A stretch of DNA of 64,000 nt from Octopus sinensis (taxonomy: Eukaryota): positions 68,138,001-68,202,000 of the forward strand of contig NC_043003.1 of NCBI RefSeq assembly GCF_006345805.1. Direction: 5' to 3'. Shown piece after piece: positions 63,961-64,000 of this stretch (the stretch's first letter is position 1; each line of letters opens with the position of its first letter). The notes under the pieces are model-generated. The model had not been told where the DNA came from and made no database searches. It saw only the letters and a program-made list of their open reading frames with translations. The translations under genes were made by a program, and so were the position numbers.

Positions 63961-64000
63961 TTTTATCTGATTTAGACAATAAAAACACGTCAGAACAACA

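Overview
AT-rich, microsatellite-dense animal genomic DNA. The SINE repertoire and (TA)n/(GATA)n/(AAT)n load resemble octopus or other cephalopod DNA; this is an impression from memory, not a search result. I can support no host protein-coding gene. Most ORF-track entries are microsatellite read-throughs or transposon relics. The recognisable content is mobile DNA: three 3' ends of Tx1/L1-clade LINEs; about ten fragments of R4/Dong-like (RLE-endonuclease) LINEs, including a same-strand cluster at 38.3-48.7 kb separated by (AAT)n tracts; two decayed Ty3/Gypsy elements, one with both LTRs; four Penelope-like fragments; several mariner relics and MITEs; and three tRNA-head SINE families, labelled H, M and C here. 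The most interesting signals are RNA-level or targeting-level. (1) SINE family H carries a minimal hammerhead ribozyme motif in its 3' part. (2) A Penelope element has a U3:A8 covariant hammerhead core in both terminal repeats. (3) One 3' tail of SINE family M matches the 3' end of the Tx1-like LINE. (4) LINEs appear to target microsatellites: (TATC)n for a Tx1 copy and (AAT)n for the R4/Dong copies and a 545-bp non-coding element. All identities were estimated by eye and all boundaries are approximate unless bases are quoted.
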